The notes beneath the pieces are model-generated. The model made no database searches and was not told the origin of the DNA. It saw only the letters and a list, made by a program, of their open reading frames with translations. The position numbers were made by a program, and so were the translations under genes. A stretch of 64,000 bases of DNA from a virus, in IMG/VR virus record IMGVR_UViG_3300025598_000021; one strand, 5' to 3'. How positions within the stretch are numbered: position 1 is the stretch's first letter; every line of letters starts with the position of its first letter. Below are positions 1 to 10,517 of this stretch, in pieces.

Positions 1-402
1 ATGGTTCCTTACTATATGGCGCTGCAACACGTTCAGTTCTTAGAGCAGATGCTGGTCGGTCAGCAGCCGCTCAGATACAATCGATACATCAACCGCTGCT
101 ACATCGACATGGACTGGTCTATAGTCAACGCAGGCGACTACATCATCCTTGAAGCTTATCAGGTAGTAGATCCAGTCATATACACTAAGGTGTGGACAGA
201 TCGCTGGCTACAGAGATACGCGACTTGCCTGATTAAACAGCAGTATGGTACCAATCTCAAGAAGTACGGGTCGATGCCGCTTCCTGGTGGACTCGTGTTT
301 AACGGTCAGAAGATATACGACGAGGCTACGGAAGAGCGCAAAGAACTAGAAGACGAGATGATCAATTCGTATTCACTTCCCGTTACGGACATGATCGGTT
401 GA
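1..402 (+). CDS. gp13: Neck protein gp13, C-terminal part (truncated by window start)
   Basis: Motifs WLQRYATCLIKQQYGTNLKKY and LPGGLVFNGQKIYDEA; lies immediately before gp14. Confidence 0.9.
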   Translation: MVPYYMALQHVQFLEQMLVGQQPLRYNRYINRCYIDMDWSIVNAGDYIILEAYQVVDPVIYTKVWTDRWLQRYATCLIKQQYGTNLKKYGSMPLPGGLVFNGQKIYDEATEERKELEDEMINSYSLPVTDMIG

Positions 403-406
403 TCTG

Positions 407-1132
407 ATGCCAGGAACGTCAGTATTCTTCAACAACTTTGGGGCATCTGCAGAGCAGGAAATGCTCACAGATCTTATCATAGAAGCGATAAGCATCTATG
501 GTCAAGACATGTACTACATCCCACGTCAGTTGAACAACTACGACAACGTCTATGGAGCGGACGACCAGAGCAGCTACACGTATGCAGTACTAGTTCCAAT
601 CTACATCGAGTCGTTTGATGGGTTCGGCGGTGACGGTAACTTCATGTCAAAGTTCGGCGTTGAGATTCGCGATCAGGTAACGTTCACGATAGCGCAGAGA
701 ATATTCGATCAAGAAGTAAGTGTCAACACGACACAGCCTAGACCGAACGAAGGCGATCTCATATACTTTCCATTAAACAATAAGTGTTTTCAGATCAAGT
801 ATGTAGACAAGTTCCAGATGTTCTATCCATTGGGATCTCTATATACTTGGAAGATGACGTGCGAGCTCTTCGAATACTCTAACGAGAGAATAAGCACAGG
901 CATTCCACAGATAGATGCGCTGCAGAAGAAATTTGATATTAACGTTATAGACTGGACGATTAAAGACACTAGAGGCAATATACTTCTAACTGAAGATGGC
1001 GATTACATAGTATTAGAAAATTCAAGCACGAGCGATCTGGTACCAGGCGATGACGCCAATGAGATTCAGAAAGAATCAAACACGTTTGTTGACTTCTCAA
1101 TAACTGATCCATTCAGCTTGGGCAACATATAA
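407..1132 (+). CDS. gp14: Neck / head-closure protein gp14
   Basis: EAISIYGQDMYYIPR, SKFGVEIRD, RPNEGDLIYFPL, CELFEYS; synteny. Confidence 0.92.
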   Translation: MPGTSVFFNNFGASAEQEMLTDLIIEAISIYGQDMYYIPRQLNNYDNVYGADDQSSYTYAVLVPIYIESFDGFGGDGNFMSKFGVEIRDQVTFTIAQRIFDQEVSVNTTQPRPNEGDLIYFPLNNKCFQIKYVDKFQMFYPLGSLYTWKMTCELFEYSNERISTGIPQIDALQKKFDINVIDWTIKDTRGNILLTEDGDYIVLENSSTSDLVPGDDANEIQKESNTFVDFSITDPFSLGNI

Positions 1133-1135
1133 ATA
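1128..1135 (+). promoter_or_regulatory. T4-type late promoter (gp55)
   Basis: TATAAATA upstream of gp15. Confidence 0.75.
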
Positions 1136-1170
1136 TCTCTTTAACATAAAGATAAAGTGGAGTATACCGC

Positions 1171-2022
1171 TTGTTCGGCCAGACATTCTATTTCAGCTCC
1201 ATACGCAAGTATGTCATTCTTGTCGGTACGCTATTCAACGATATTCGCGTAGTAAAGACAGATCCAAAATCCAACAATGAGATCTCTCTAGTTCGCGTTC
1301 CAATCACGTACGCGCCAAAAGACAAGATGCTCGCACGCGTGTTTCAGGACCCGAACATCGATCGTCCTTCTGCTACGATGCCTCTTCCTATGATCTCCTT
1401 TGAGATGGGTAAGATGACGTATGACGGTACTAGAAAATTGCATACTACCGGCAGGACGGCCGTGCAGAGCAACACAAATCCTAGTAACTTCAACTATCAA
1501 TATAATCCAGTACCGTATAACATAGACTTTAAAGTCCACGTATATACTAAGAACGTCGAAGACGGCACTAAGATCGTAGAGCAGATACTCCCATTCTTCA
1601 CTCCTGACTGGACTACTAGAGTAAATCTAATTCCAGAGATGAACATCATCATGGATATTCCTGTCGTTCTTAACAACATAGAATATGCTGACAACTACGA
1701 GGGTGAGTTTAAAGACAGAAGAGAGATAGTGTGGACGATGGACTTAACCGTGAAGGGTTATCTATACGGTCCTGTTAAGACTTCTGGAATCATTAAGTTC
1801 GTCAACGTCGATTTCTACATACCTGAAGTTCCAGACGGACAGCTCGCCTCAGCAGTCGGAAACACTAGCATAGACTACAAGTTTACTGTTCAACCCGGTC
1901 TGACTGCCAACGGTCAACCTACTTCTAATGCTCAACAGACTATACCATATCAACAGATTCAAGCCTCAGACGACTATGGATTTATTACACAGATTTATGA
2001 TATAGCAACACATGGTGAATAA
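1171..2022 (+). CDS. gp15: Tail terminator / sheath stabiliser gp15 (TTG start)
   Basis: YFSSIRKYVILVGTLFNDI, VPITYAPKDK, QYNPVPYNI, VEQILPFFTP; GGAG RBS upstream. Confidence 0.92.
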   Translation: MFGQTFYFSSIRKYVILVGTLFNDIRVVKTDPKSNNEISLVRVPITYAPKDKMLARVFQDPNIDRPSATMPLPMISFEMGKMTYDGTRKLHTTGRTAVQSNTNPSNFNYQYNPVPYNIDFKVHVYTKNVEDGTKIVEQILPFFTPDWTTRVNLIPEMNIIMDIPVVLNNIEYADNYEGEFKDRREIVWTMDLTVKGYLYGPVKTSGIIKFVNVDFYIPEVPDGQLASAVGNTSIDYKFTVQPGLTANGQPTSNAQQTIPYQQIQASDDYGFITQIYDIATHGE

Positions 2023-2445
2023 ATGGATGATGATAATGATCCTATTGGTAAGGCCTTAGGTATTAATCTAAGTCCAATAGAGAATAAGATTGACGTTATA
2101 GACAAGATGATAGTCGATAGTCATAACGACTCAGCCTCCAAAGACTTTGAGACCGCTCGCGCCAACCTTCATGAGATGATTCAAGACGGTAAAGACGCCA
2201 TGTTCAAGCTAGCTGAAATAGCTGCGTCGAGTCAGCACCCGCGGGCGTTCGAGGTGTATGCTAAACTCATGGACACGCTGATAAGCGCCAATGAAAAGCT
2301 ATTAGATTTTCAGACAAAGATACGGGACATTCAGCACGCAGAATCTCCGATGAACGAGCAAGCGAAGAACGTGACTAATAACCTTTTTGTCGGTTCGACC
2401 GCCGAGCTGCAGAAGGTATTAAAAGAGATGAAGAAAGATGAATGA
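2023..2445 (+). CDS. gp16: Terminase small subunit gp16
   Basis: DFETARANL, HPRAFEV, TNNLFVGSTAELQK; directly before TerL. Confidence 0.9.
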   Translation: MDDDNDPIGKALGINLSPIENKIDVIDKMIVDSHNDSASKDFETARANLHEMIQDGKDAMFKLAEIAASSQHPRAFEVYAKLMDTLISANEKLLDFQTKIRDIQHAESPMNEQAKNVTNNLFVGSTAELQKVLKEMKKDE

Positions 2446-4078
2446 TAAACCAATCGGCGGCTATAAGGGTAACGTACTCCTTAAGAAGTCTAATCAAAAC
2501 ATAGAGTGGACGCCAGAACTAGTTCAAGAGTATGTGAAGTGTCAAGAAGATCCAGTATACTTCACAGAGAACTATATGAAGATCATCACGCTCAACGATG
2601 GTCTTAAGAACTTTAATCTATATCCATATCAGAAGAATATGGTTAGGTCGTTTGAGGACAACAGGTACACGATCGTCACCACGGCCCGTCAGGCTGGTAA
2701 GTCTACCACTACATGCGCCTTCATCCTCTGGTACATTATATTTCACGCAGATAAGACCGTCGCGCTTCTAGCCAACAAGGGCGATACCGCCAGAGAAATT
2801 CTATCGCGCGTCCAGCTCGCGTATCAACATCTTCCTAAATGGTTGCAGCAGGGTGTATTAGAATGGAACAAGGGCTCGTTCGTTCTAGAAAACAACTCGC
2901 GTGTTCTTGCGGCCGCGACGTCCGCATCGGCAATTCGCGGTTATACCATCAACCTACTGTTCATCGACGAGGCCGCGCACATCGAGAACTGGGACGAGTT
3001 CTTCACGTCGGTCTATCCTACTATTTCGTCTGGTCAAGACTCTAAGATCATCCTTGTCTCTACGCCAAACGGTCTAAACCACTTCTATTCTACGTGGGTA
3101 AACGCTCTAGAGAAAAGAAACGGCTATGAGGCTATACTCGTAAACTGGAAAGAAGTACCAGGCAGGGACGAGAAGTGGAAGCAAGACACTCTAGCCGGTA
3201 TGAACTTTGACGTTGAGAAGTTCAATCAGGAAATGGAGTGCGAATTCTTAGGTTCGTCCGGTACTCTTATCTCCGGTTGGAAGCTAAAGGAGCTCGTCCA
3301 TCAGGCTCCTATGATCGAGAAAGAAGGTCTGATCCAGTATTTTCAACCGATCAAAGATCATATCTATATGGCGGTGTGCGACGTGTCTCGAGGCAAGGGT
3401 CTCGACTACTCTGCATTCCAGCTAGTAGACGTGACGAGCATGCCTTATCAACAGACGTGCGTCTATAGAAATAACTCAGTGACTCCTGTAGACTACGCCG
3501 AAGTCATTCACAGGGTGGCGAAGGCGTACAACAACGCTTCAGTTCTGGTAGAAGTAAACGACATCGGCGAGCAGGTGTCTCACTCGCTACACTACGACTT
3601 CGGCTATGAGCACGTGTTGTTCACAGAGAACGCTGGTCGATCAGGCAAGCGCATCACCGCTGGATTTGGTGGTGGCAGCGTTGACAAGGGCATTAGGACT
3701 ACTAAGGTCGTTAAGTCTGTTGGATGCTCTATACTAAAGCTACTGATTGAACAGAATCAGTTTGTCGTAAATGACTTTCATACCATCAACGAACTTTCTA
3801 CATTCTCTAAGAAGGGAAATTCATACGAGGCAGAACCTGGAAAACACGACGATCTTGTGATGTGCTTGGTGCTGTTCGCTTGGTTGTCTGAGCAGCAGTA
3901 CTTTAAAGATTATACGAATATAAATACCCTCCAATCACTCAGGGACAAGTCTGAAGAAGATATGGAGCAAGACATGGCGCCTTTCGGATTCATGGAAGAC
4001 GGCAGAGATACTATAGATGAAGAGTATGAGATATACAATCCTGACGCTTGGATGTGGTCTACACAGCCAGACTTTTGA
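2438..4078 (+). CDS. gp17: Terminase large subunit gp17
   Basis: Walker A ARQAGKST, Walker B LLFIDE, VSTPNG, nuclease motifs CDVSRG and HDDLVM. Confidence 0.97.
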   Translation: MNDKPIGGYKGNVLLKKSNQNIEWTPELVQEYVKCQEDPVYFTENYMKIITLNDGLKNFNLYPYQKNMVRSFEDNRYTIVTTARQAGKSTTTCAFILWYIIFHADKTVALLANKGDTAREILSRVQLAYQHLPKWLQQGVLEWNKGSFVLENNSRVLAAATSASAIRGYTINLLFIDEAAHIENWDEFFTSVYPTISSGQDSKIILVSTPNGLNHFYSTWVNALEKRNGYEAILVNWKEVPGRDEKWKQDTLAGMNFDVEKFNQEMECEFLGSSGTLISGWKLKELVHQAPMIEKEGLIQYFQPIKDHIYMAVCDVSRGKGLDYSAFQLVDVTSMPYQQTCVYRNNSVTPVDYAEVIHRVAKAYNNASVLVEVNDIGEQVSHSLHYDFGYEHVLFTENAGRSGKRITAGFGGGSVDKGIRTTKVVKSVGCSILKLLIEQNQFVVNDFHTINELSTFSKKGNSYEAEPGKHDDLVMCLVLFAWLSEQQYFKDYTNINTLQSLRDKSEEDMEQDMAPFGFMEDGRDTIDEEYEIYNPDAWMWSTQPDF

Positions 4079-4147
4079 GTAAAAGATGAGATTTGATAAA
4101 TAAATTTAAATTTGGATTATTAATTTCTTGTCTAAAAGGAGAAAATA

Positions 4148-6493
4148 ATGGCTACTTTACTTAGTCCAGGCGTAAACGTTACAGAAATCGACCTAACTAC
4201 GATCGTCCCTTCGGTATCTACTTCGGTCGGTGCTATCGCAGGTCTATTTCGTTGGGGTCCAGTTGGCCAGAGAGCTCTCATCAATTCAGAAACTACTCTA
4301 GTTCAGCAGTTCGGTTCACCAACTAGCTACAACGCAGAGACGTTCTTCACCGCTGCTAACTTCCTATCATATACAAACTCTCTATACGTCGTCCGTGCGG
4401 CCAACACTACTGGCGGCACCGGCAACGCTACTTTCTATTCAGTCGGTGCAAACACGCTCAACCCAAACACTATCCTAACTCTAGCTGGCGGCGGTGTCAC
4501 AAACCTACTATCTTCCAGCATCGTTTCTGGAATGTACGTCACTCAGTCGACTAATACTTCGATCGTTTCAACTAACACTGTAGTGACTGTTATCAACTCT
4601 ACTGCCATAAGCGTCAACGCTAACGTTACTAGTAACTCTCAGCTGACTCTATACATGGGTTACGCTCAGACTAGCTACTCAGCTCTTGCAGTAAAGCCAG
4701 GCACTAACTACGTAAGTAACCTCGTCAACCAGATCGTCACCGGCGACGTAAGCTACAGTAATAAAGTCGCTAACTCAGCTCTCAACTTCGATACTAACGT
4801 CTACTGGGTAGCTAAGTATCCTGGTGAGATGGGTAACTCGTTGAAAATTTCAGTAGTTGATACGGCTAACGCGTTTAGCTCAAACGTCAATCTTTCTGGT
4901 ACGCTAACTGGTAACACCATTGCTGGTAGCATCTCAATTAATACTGGTAACACTTCAGCTACTGTGGTACTAACCGGTGACGGTATTAGTGGTACAGCCG
5001 GCGCTTTCGCAAACGTCGTTCTAGGTAACTTTGGTGTTGGTGACCAGATCCTATTTGGTAATACTACTATCAACCAGCAGTATATGCAGCTTAGCTCGGT
5101 CAGCAACGTTACTACTAACTCTTCTGCTAGTACTTTCACGCTAAACTTTGGTACGCCATACAGACTATCGACTGCATACTCTGCGAACAGCTTCCAGAGA
5201 CAGTGGCAGTATTACATATCAGTAGGAACTGCTCCTGGTCAGTCTAGCTGGCAGCTATACAACGGTAACACTTCGGCTCAAGACGAGCTACACATCGTAG
5301 TAGTCGACGAAGACGGTAAGTTCACCGGTACTCCTGGCACTATTCTTGAGACCTTTAAAGGTCTATCAAGAGCTACAGACGCCATGAACCAAGGTGGTAC
5401 TACCAACTACTACGCTACTGTGATCAACAAGAACTCTAAGTATATCTGGTTCGCAAATGATAGAACTCTTGCTACATCTAACACCGGCGTAAATCTTGCA
5501 TCTTCGCTAAATCCTGCGCCATTGAGTGTAAGTCTATCGCTAGGTCACGACGGTAACAACGAAGCTAATATCGATCTTGCCACTATCACGAACGGCTATG
5601 GCATGTTCGTTTCTAAAGAAGACGTTACTATCGACATTCTTCTACAAGGTAAACCAATCGGTGGTTCTACTGCCGGCGTCAACGTTGGTTCGGTAAACAA
5701 CTATCTACTCGCCAACTACCTTATTGAGAACGTCGTCAACGTAAGAAAAGACTGCGTACTCTGCGTATCACCAGATTCAAGCTTAACGTTGAATGGTTAC
5801 GGTCAGCAGGCTCTCGGTCTTATCGACTGGAGAAACGTTATCGATTCCAGCTCATATACTATCATGGATACTGGTTATAAGTATCAGTACGATCGCTATA
5901 ACGACGTCTATCGTTGGATCCCAATGAACGGCGACATCGGCGGCGTGCTAGCTAGAACCGATCACACAAACGCTCCTTGGTGGTCGCCTGCAGGTTATAA
6001 CCGCGGTCAGATCAACAACGTCGTTAAGTTGGCTTACAATCCTAACCAGTCTGATAGAGATCTTCTCTACTCAAACGGTATTGACCCTGTAGTTACTTTC
6101 CCAGGTCAAGGAACTATCCTATTTGGTGATAAGACCCTACAGACTAAGCCTTCAGCATTCGACAGAATTAACGTTCGCAGACTGTTCTTGGTTCTTGAAA
6201 GAGCCATCTCAATTGCGGCTAAATATTCACTGTTCGAGTTCAACGATACCTTCACTCAGACACAGTTTAAGAATATGATCAACCCATATCTAAGAACTGT
6301 TCAGGGTGCTCGCGGTATCACTGACTTCCTAGTCGTTTGTGACGGCACTAACAACACTCCTCAGATTGTTGATTCTAACCAGTTTGTTGGCGATATCTAC
6401 ATTAAGCCTGCAAGAAGCATCAACTTCATCCAGCTTAACTTCGTCGCTGTTGCTACTGGCGTTCAGTTCTCAACAGTTGTTGGACAGTTTTAA
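4148..6493 (+). CDS. gp18: Tail sheath protein gp18
   Basis: N-terminal LSPGVNVTEIDLT; PWWSPAGYNRG; AFDRINVRRLF; IKPARSINFIQLNF. Confidence 0.97.
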   Translation: MATLLSPGVNVTEIDLTTIVPSVSTSVGAIAGLFRWGPVGQRALINSETTLVQQFGSPTSYNAETFFTAANFLSYTNSLYVVRAANTTGGTGNATFYSVGANTLNPNTILTLAGGGVTNLLSSSIVSGMYVTQSTNTSIVSTNTVVTVINSTAISVNANVTSNSQLTLYMGYAQTSYSALAVKPGTNYVSNLVNQIVTGDVSYSNKVANSALNFDTNVYWVAKYPGEMGNSLKISVVDTANAFSSNVNLSGTLTGNTIAGSISINTGNTSATVVLTGDGISGTAGAFANVVLGNFGVGDQILFGNTTINQQYMQLSSVSNVTTNSSASTFTLNFGTPYRLSTAYSANSFQRQWQYYISVGTAPGQSSWQLYNGNTSAQDELHIVVVDEDGKFTGTPGTILETFKGLSRATDAMNQGGTTNYYATVINKNSKYIWFANDRTLATSNTGVNLASSLNPAPLSVSLSLGHDGNNEANIDLATITNGYGMFVSKEDVTIDILLQGKPIGGSTAGVNVGSVNNYLLANYLIENVVNVRKDCVLCVSPDSSLTLNGYGQQALGLIDWRNVIDSSSYTIMDTGYKYQYDRYNDVYRWIPMNGDIGGVLARTDHTNAPWWSPAGYNRGQINNVVKLAYNPNQSDRDLLYSNGIDPVVTFPGQGTILFGDKTLQTKPSAFDRINVRRLFLVLERAISIAAKYSLFEFNDTFTQTQFKNMINPYLRTVQGARGITDFLVVCDGTNNTPQIVDSNQFVGDIYIKPARSINFIQLNFVAVATGVQFSTVVGQF

Positions 6494-6527
6494 TAAATAA
6501 AAATAAAACTCTAAAGGAGTAAAGTAG

Positions 6528-7142
6528 ATGCCATTTAATATTAACGCATTCAAACAACAGGGTCTGGTGTACGGTGGCGCCAGACCATCACTGTTCAACG
6601 TATATTTGACAGTACCAGCCGGTATTGGTATTAACAATATTTCAGTTCAGAAGTTCAGCTTCGTGGCTCGCGCCGCGGAGCTACCAGCCTCAGAAGTCGC
6701 TTCTTTCGACGTTCCATACTTTGGAAGAAAGATCAAGGTCGCTGGTGATAGAACTTTCGCTGACTGGCGTGTCACCATCATGAACGACGAAGACTTCGCT
6801 GTTCGCTCGATGCTCGAAGCTTGGTCAAACGCTATTAACCGTATGGTCGCTAACGTTCGCGATCCTGCTCTTGACTCAGAGCTATATAAAGCAGATCTCC
6901 AGGTAATTCAGTACGGTAAAGACGGCGTGCCACTAAGATCATACGCTATCGTCGGCGCTTTCCCAACTGTGATCGACGCTATCGCTCTAGACTGGAATCA
7001 GACTAACGCGATCGAAGAATTCGCAGTAACGTTCGCATACGACTACTGGATCCCTGTAGTTGAGACTTCAACTTTCGAGGCCGGCGGCGTTAACACCTAC
7101 GGATCTCGCGCGGTCACTAACGGCCCAATGGGTCCAAATTAA
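6528..7142 (+). CDS. gp19: Tail tube protein gp19
   Basis: GGARPSLF, GRKIKVAGDRTFADW, IEEFAVTFAYDYW. Confidence 0.95.
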   Translation: MPFNINAFKQQGLVYGGARPSLFNVYLTVPAGIGINNISVQKFSFVARAAELPASEVASFDVPYFGRKIKVAGDRTFADWRVTIMNDEDFAVRSMLEAWSNAINRMVANVRDPALDSELYKADLQVIQYGKDGVPLRSYAIVGAFPTVIDAIALDWNQTNAIEEFAVTFAYDYWIPVVETSTFEAGGVNTYGSRAVTNGPMGPN

Positions 7143-7145
7143 TAT

Positions 7146-7153
7146 TATAAATA
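7146..7153 (+). promoter_or_regulatory. Late promoter
   Basis: TATAAATA between gp19 and gp20. Confidence 0.7.
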
Positions 7154-7169
7154 TTCTATACTTTGACAA

Positions 7170-7196
7170 GAGGGGAGTAGATCTCCCCTCATTTTT
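7170..7196 (+). terminator. Intrinsic terminator after the sheath/tube operon
   Basis: GAGGGGAG-TAGAT-CTCCCCTC followed by ATTTTT. Confidence 0.75.
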
Positions 7197-7206
7197 GGAG
7201 ATTTAA

Positions 7207-9015
7207 ATGGCTGTTAAACTTTTCGGGTTTGAATTCAAACGTAAAACCCAAGATCAAGATCCAATCCCATCATTCACACCAAAAGAATCAGATGATGGTG
7301 CAGTAACAATTGCTGCCGGTGGTGCGTATGGCACTTACGTAGATCTTGATGGTACTGTAAGAACAGAAGCTGAGTTAGTCACTAAGTATCGCGAGATGTC
7401 GCTCCATCCAGAGTGTGACGCCGCGGTAGATGAGATAGTCAATGAGTCTATATCTATCGACGAAGAAGACATAGTAACCATCGATCTAGACGATACCGAA
7501 TTATCAGATCCAGTCAAAAAAGCCATCACAGAAGAGTTTGATAATTGTCTAAAGATCTTAGACTTTAAAAATCACGCTTATGATATCTATCGCCGCTGGT
7601 ATGTCGATGGTAGACTATACTATCACGTCATCGTAGATCCTAATGATCCTAAGGCTGGTATCAAAGAAGTAAGATACATCGATCCTCGCAAGATTCGCAA
7701 AGTCAGAGAGATATCAAAGAAGAGAGTAGCGTCAGAGAATCCAGGTGACGCTTCTATCGCTAAGGTAGTCAACGAATACTTCATCTTTAACGATAAAGGA
7801 TTTAACTACGGCAATAAAGTAGTTGGTCCGTCGACGTCTGGATTGAAGATCTCTAGAGACTCTATACTACACATCGTATCTGGTCTCACTGACAACCAGG
7901 GAACGATGGTCTTATCGTATCTTCATAAAGCAATTAAGGCGCTAAATCAGCTCCGCACGCTAGAAGACGCGCTTGTGATCTACAGACTATCGCGCGCTCC
8001 TGAACGACGTATCTGGTACATCGACGTCGGCAACCTACCAAAGATGAAGGCTGAGCAGTACGTTCGCGACATCATGGTCAAGCACAAGAACAGACTTATC
8101 TACGACGGCAACACAGGTGAAGTAAGAGACGATCGCAAGTTCATGACCATGCTCGAGGACTACTGGCTACCTCGTCGTGAGGGTGGAAGAGGAACTGAAG
8201 TCACGACACTTCCTGGTGGTCAGACGCTAGGTCAGATGGATGACGTTCTATACTTCCAAAAGAAATTCTTAAACTGTCTAAACGTTCCAATCTCACGCTT
8301 AAATTCAGACGCACTCTTTTCAATGGGTCGCGCAACTGAGATCACGCGCGACGAACTAAAGTTTGCTAGATTCGTTATCAGACTACGTCATAAGTTCACT
8401 ATGCTGTTCCTAAAGATGCTAGAGAAGCAGGTCGTTCTAAAAGGCGTGATGACAATCGAAGACTGGCAGAACGTATGGACAGACATCAAGTTCGACTACG
8501 CTAAAGATAACTACTTCACCGAGTTAAAGAACGCAGAGATCGCTCAGAATCGCGTGCAGCTGGTGCAGACGTTCGATCAGGCAGGTATCATCGGCAAGTA
8601 CGTGTCGCATGAGTATATTCGCAAGAGCGTGATGCAACAGACCGATGAGGATATATCTGAGCAGGATAAGTTAATCAAGAAAGAAAATAATTCTGGCGAC
8701 AGCAGGTGGATCAATCCCGCGATCGAACAGAACATCGACATGATGAATCAGATGCAAGTTCAGAACGCGCAGCAGCAGCAACAGATGCAAGGCGACGCTG
8801 ACAAGGGTCAAGGTGATCAAGATCAAGATCAAGATCCGGAACAGTCTAAAAAGATGGAGGCCCTTCGCCAGGCAATGGTGTTGATCGATCAAATGAAACA
8901 AAAAGGAAAGTCCGGAAGATCTATTCAGGACGAAGCTAGATATAAGTCTGCACTGCAGCTTGTAGCTCAGAACAAAGATATGCTTAGTCAGATGGGTCAA
9001 CCAACTAATAAATGA
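7207..9015 (+). CDS. gp20: Portal protein gp20 with Q/D-rich C-terminal extension
   Basis: RRWYVDGRLYYH, NQLRTLEDALVIYRLSRAPERR, EDYWLPRREGGRGTEVTTLPGG. Confidence 0.97.
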   Translation: MAVKLFGFEFKRKTQDQDPIPSFTPKESDDGAVTIAAGGAYGTYVDLDGTVRTEAELVTKYREMSLHPECDAAVDEIVNESISIDEEDIVTIDLDDTELSDPVKKAITEEFDNCLKILDFKNHAYDIYRRWYVDGRLYYHVIVDPNDPKAGIKEVRYIDPRKIRKVREISKKRVASENPGDASIAKVVNEYFIFNDKGFNYGNKVVGPSTSGLKISRDSILHIVSGLTDNQGTMVLSYLHKAIKALNQLRTLEDALVIYRLSRAPERRIWYIDVGNLPKMKAEQYVRDIMVKHKNRLIYDGNTGEVRDDRKFMTMLEDYWLPRREGGRGTEVTTLPGGQTLGQMDDVLYFQKKFLNCLNVPISRLNSDALFSMGRATEITRDELKFARFVIRLRHKFTMLFLKMLEKQVVLKGVMTIEDWQNVWTDIKFDYAKDNYFTELKNAEIAQNRVQLVQTFDQAGIIGKYVSHEYIRKSVMQQTDEDISEQDKLIKKENNSGDSRWINPAIEQNIDMMNQMQVQNAQQQQQMQGDADKGQGDQDQDQDPEQSKKMEALRQAMVLIDQMKQKGKSGRSIQDEARYKSALQLVAQNKDMLSQMGQPTNK

Positions 9016-9028
9016 CAGGAGTTTATAA

Positions 9029-9220
9029 ATGTTAGAAGATGATAAATATAGTGTAGATGATTTAATCTCTAACGCCGCCGATCAAAAGCCAACAGAGTTC
9101 GAAAACACATTCAGCTCACTAGTGATGGATAGAATCAGGACTGCAGTAGAGACAAAGAAACAAGAAATCGCAGCTCAGATGTATAACTACAATCCTGAGA
9201 CTGAAGCATCAGGAGAATAA
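9029..9220 (+). CDS. Small prohead core protein (gp67-like position)
   Basis: Small acidic ORF right after the portal gene; GGAG RBS. Confidence 0.6.
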   Translation: MLEDDKYSVDDLISNAADQKPTEFENTFSSLVMDRIRTAVETKKQEIAAQMYNYNPETEASGE

Positions 9221-9225
9221 AAGTA

Positions 9226-10269
9226 ATGGCAAAATTTCTTAAGTCCATTTTAGAAGATAAACGTCTAGAAGGCGTTAAGAAATCAACGACTGTTCCTGGT
9301 CATACCGGAGACGTTCCAGGTGTAGATTACGACCCAAAAGCTCCTGAAGATCAGAAATTCGTAGCCATTCACGATACAGAAAAGCATGCTAGCCGTGCAG
9401 GCAACGGTCCCGACGTTTTCGCCGGCGCTAAGCAGAAACCAGCTCTATCGACTCCACAAGCTAAGCATATGGGACGTAAGAATCTCAAAGACGCTATGAA
9501 GGTAAATGAAGAAGAGATCGAAGAAAAGTATCTAGGTTTTGGTAAATTAAAGGCCGCTCTATCGCACAAGAGCGGCATTAAAGATCCAGGAGCTCTTGCA
9601 GCCTCTATCGGTCGCGAGAAGTATGGAAAGGCTAAGTTTCAAAAAGCTGCAGCCGCAGATCACAAGATGAAAGAAGACGTCGAAGTCGATGAGGCTGCTG
9701 AGTGTAATCACACTCCTGCTGGAACTAAATGTCCGATGCACTACCTTGCCGACTGCTCAGGTATGACAGGCAAGAGCAAGCATCTGCTCGTAGACAAGAA
9801 AGTAAACGAAGACGTTGCTATTGACGAATCTATCGCTGATCGTAAAGCGCACAGCGACCATATGCATCTTATAGCTAAGACAGGTAAGACTAATACCGGC
9901 GCTACTGCTAGCAAAGCTCTAAGAGACAAAGCTCATGCGTTCATAAAGCAGAAACAAAGCAATAAGACAGTAGCAAAAGAAGACGTTCAGATCGACGAGG
10001 TATTGACTGCTAAAGATCCAGCGTCAAAGTGGATACACGACTTCATTCACTCCGACAATCCTAAGTTTGCAGGCAAGTCAAAGAAAGAGCGTCAGCAGCA
10101 GGCACTAGCTGCTTACTACTCTAAGAAGCGTTCAGTAAAAGAAGACGCTGCAGAGCCTATGCTCGAGGGTGGAAAGAAAAAGAAATTAAAGAAAGAATCA
10201 GGACCAGACTCACAGATGGTTCCAAACGGTTATACGAATGTTAAAGCAGACACGGGATATTCAATATGA
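9226..10269 (+). CDS. Putative internal head protein (modular, repeated acidic linkers)
   Basis: Between portal and protease; recurring KE(D/E)VxxDE linkers separate basic segments. Confidence 0.6.
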   Translation: MAKFLKSILEDKRLEGVKKSTTVPGHTGDVPGVDYDPKAPEDQKFVAIHDTEKHASRAGNGPDVFAGAKQKPALSTPQAKHMGRKNLKDAMKVNEEEIEEKYLGFGKLKAALSHKSGIKDPGALAASIGREKYGKAKFQKAAAADHKMKEDVEVDEAAECNHTPAGTKCPMHYLADCSGMTGKSKHLLVDKKVNEDVAIDESIADRKAHSDHMHLIAKTGKTNTGATASKALRDKAHAFIKQKQSNKTVAKEDVQIDEVLTAKDPASKWIHDFIHSDNPKFAGKSKKERQQQALAAYYSKKRSVKEDAAEPMLEGGKKKKLKKESGPDSQMVPNGYTNVKADTGYSI

Positions 10270-10508
10270 TCATTAAACCACTAGGCGCAGAAGTCTCTAT
10301 CGCATCTGCAAACTCAGTAGCTAATTCTATGCTCGTAAGAGTAATTAACACCGGTGCAGCTGCTGTTTTACATATAGCTTCAAATACTGGAACAGAGTAT
10401 GCAAACCTGACTGTTTCGAATGCACAGTATGTCGTCATACAGAAAAACACCACAGACACACTTACTGGAGCTAATATGTTAGCCGTTCCAGTAGCATACA
10501 AATACTAA
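10266..10508 (+). CDS. Hypothetical protein, probably virion-associated
   Basis: Overlaps upstream stop; located in the head operon. Confidence 0.65.
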   Translation: MIIKPLGAEVSIASANSVANSMLVRVINTGAAAVLHIASNTGTEYANLTVSNAQYVVIQKNTTDTLTGANMLAVPVAYKY

Positions 10509-10517
10509 GGAAAAGAA

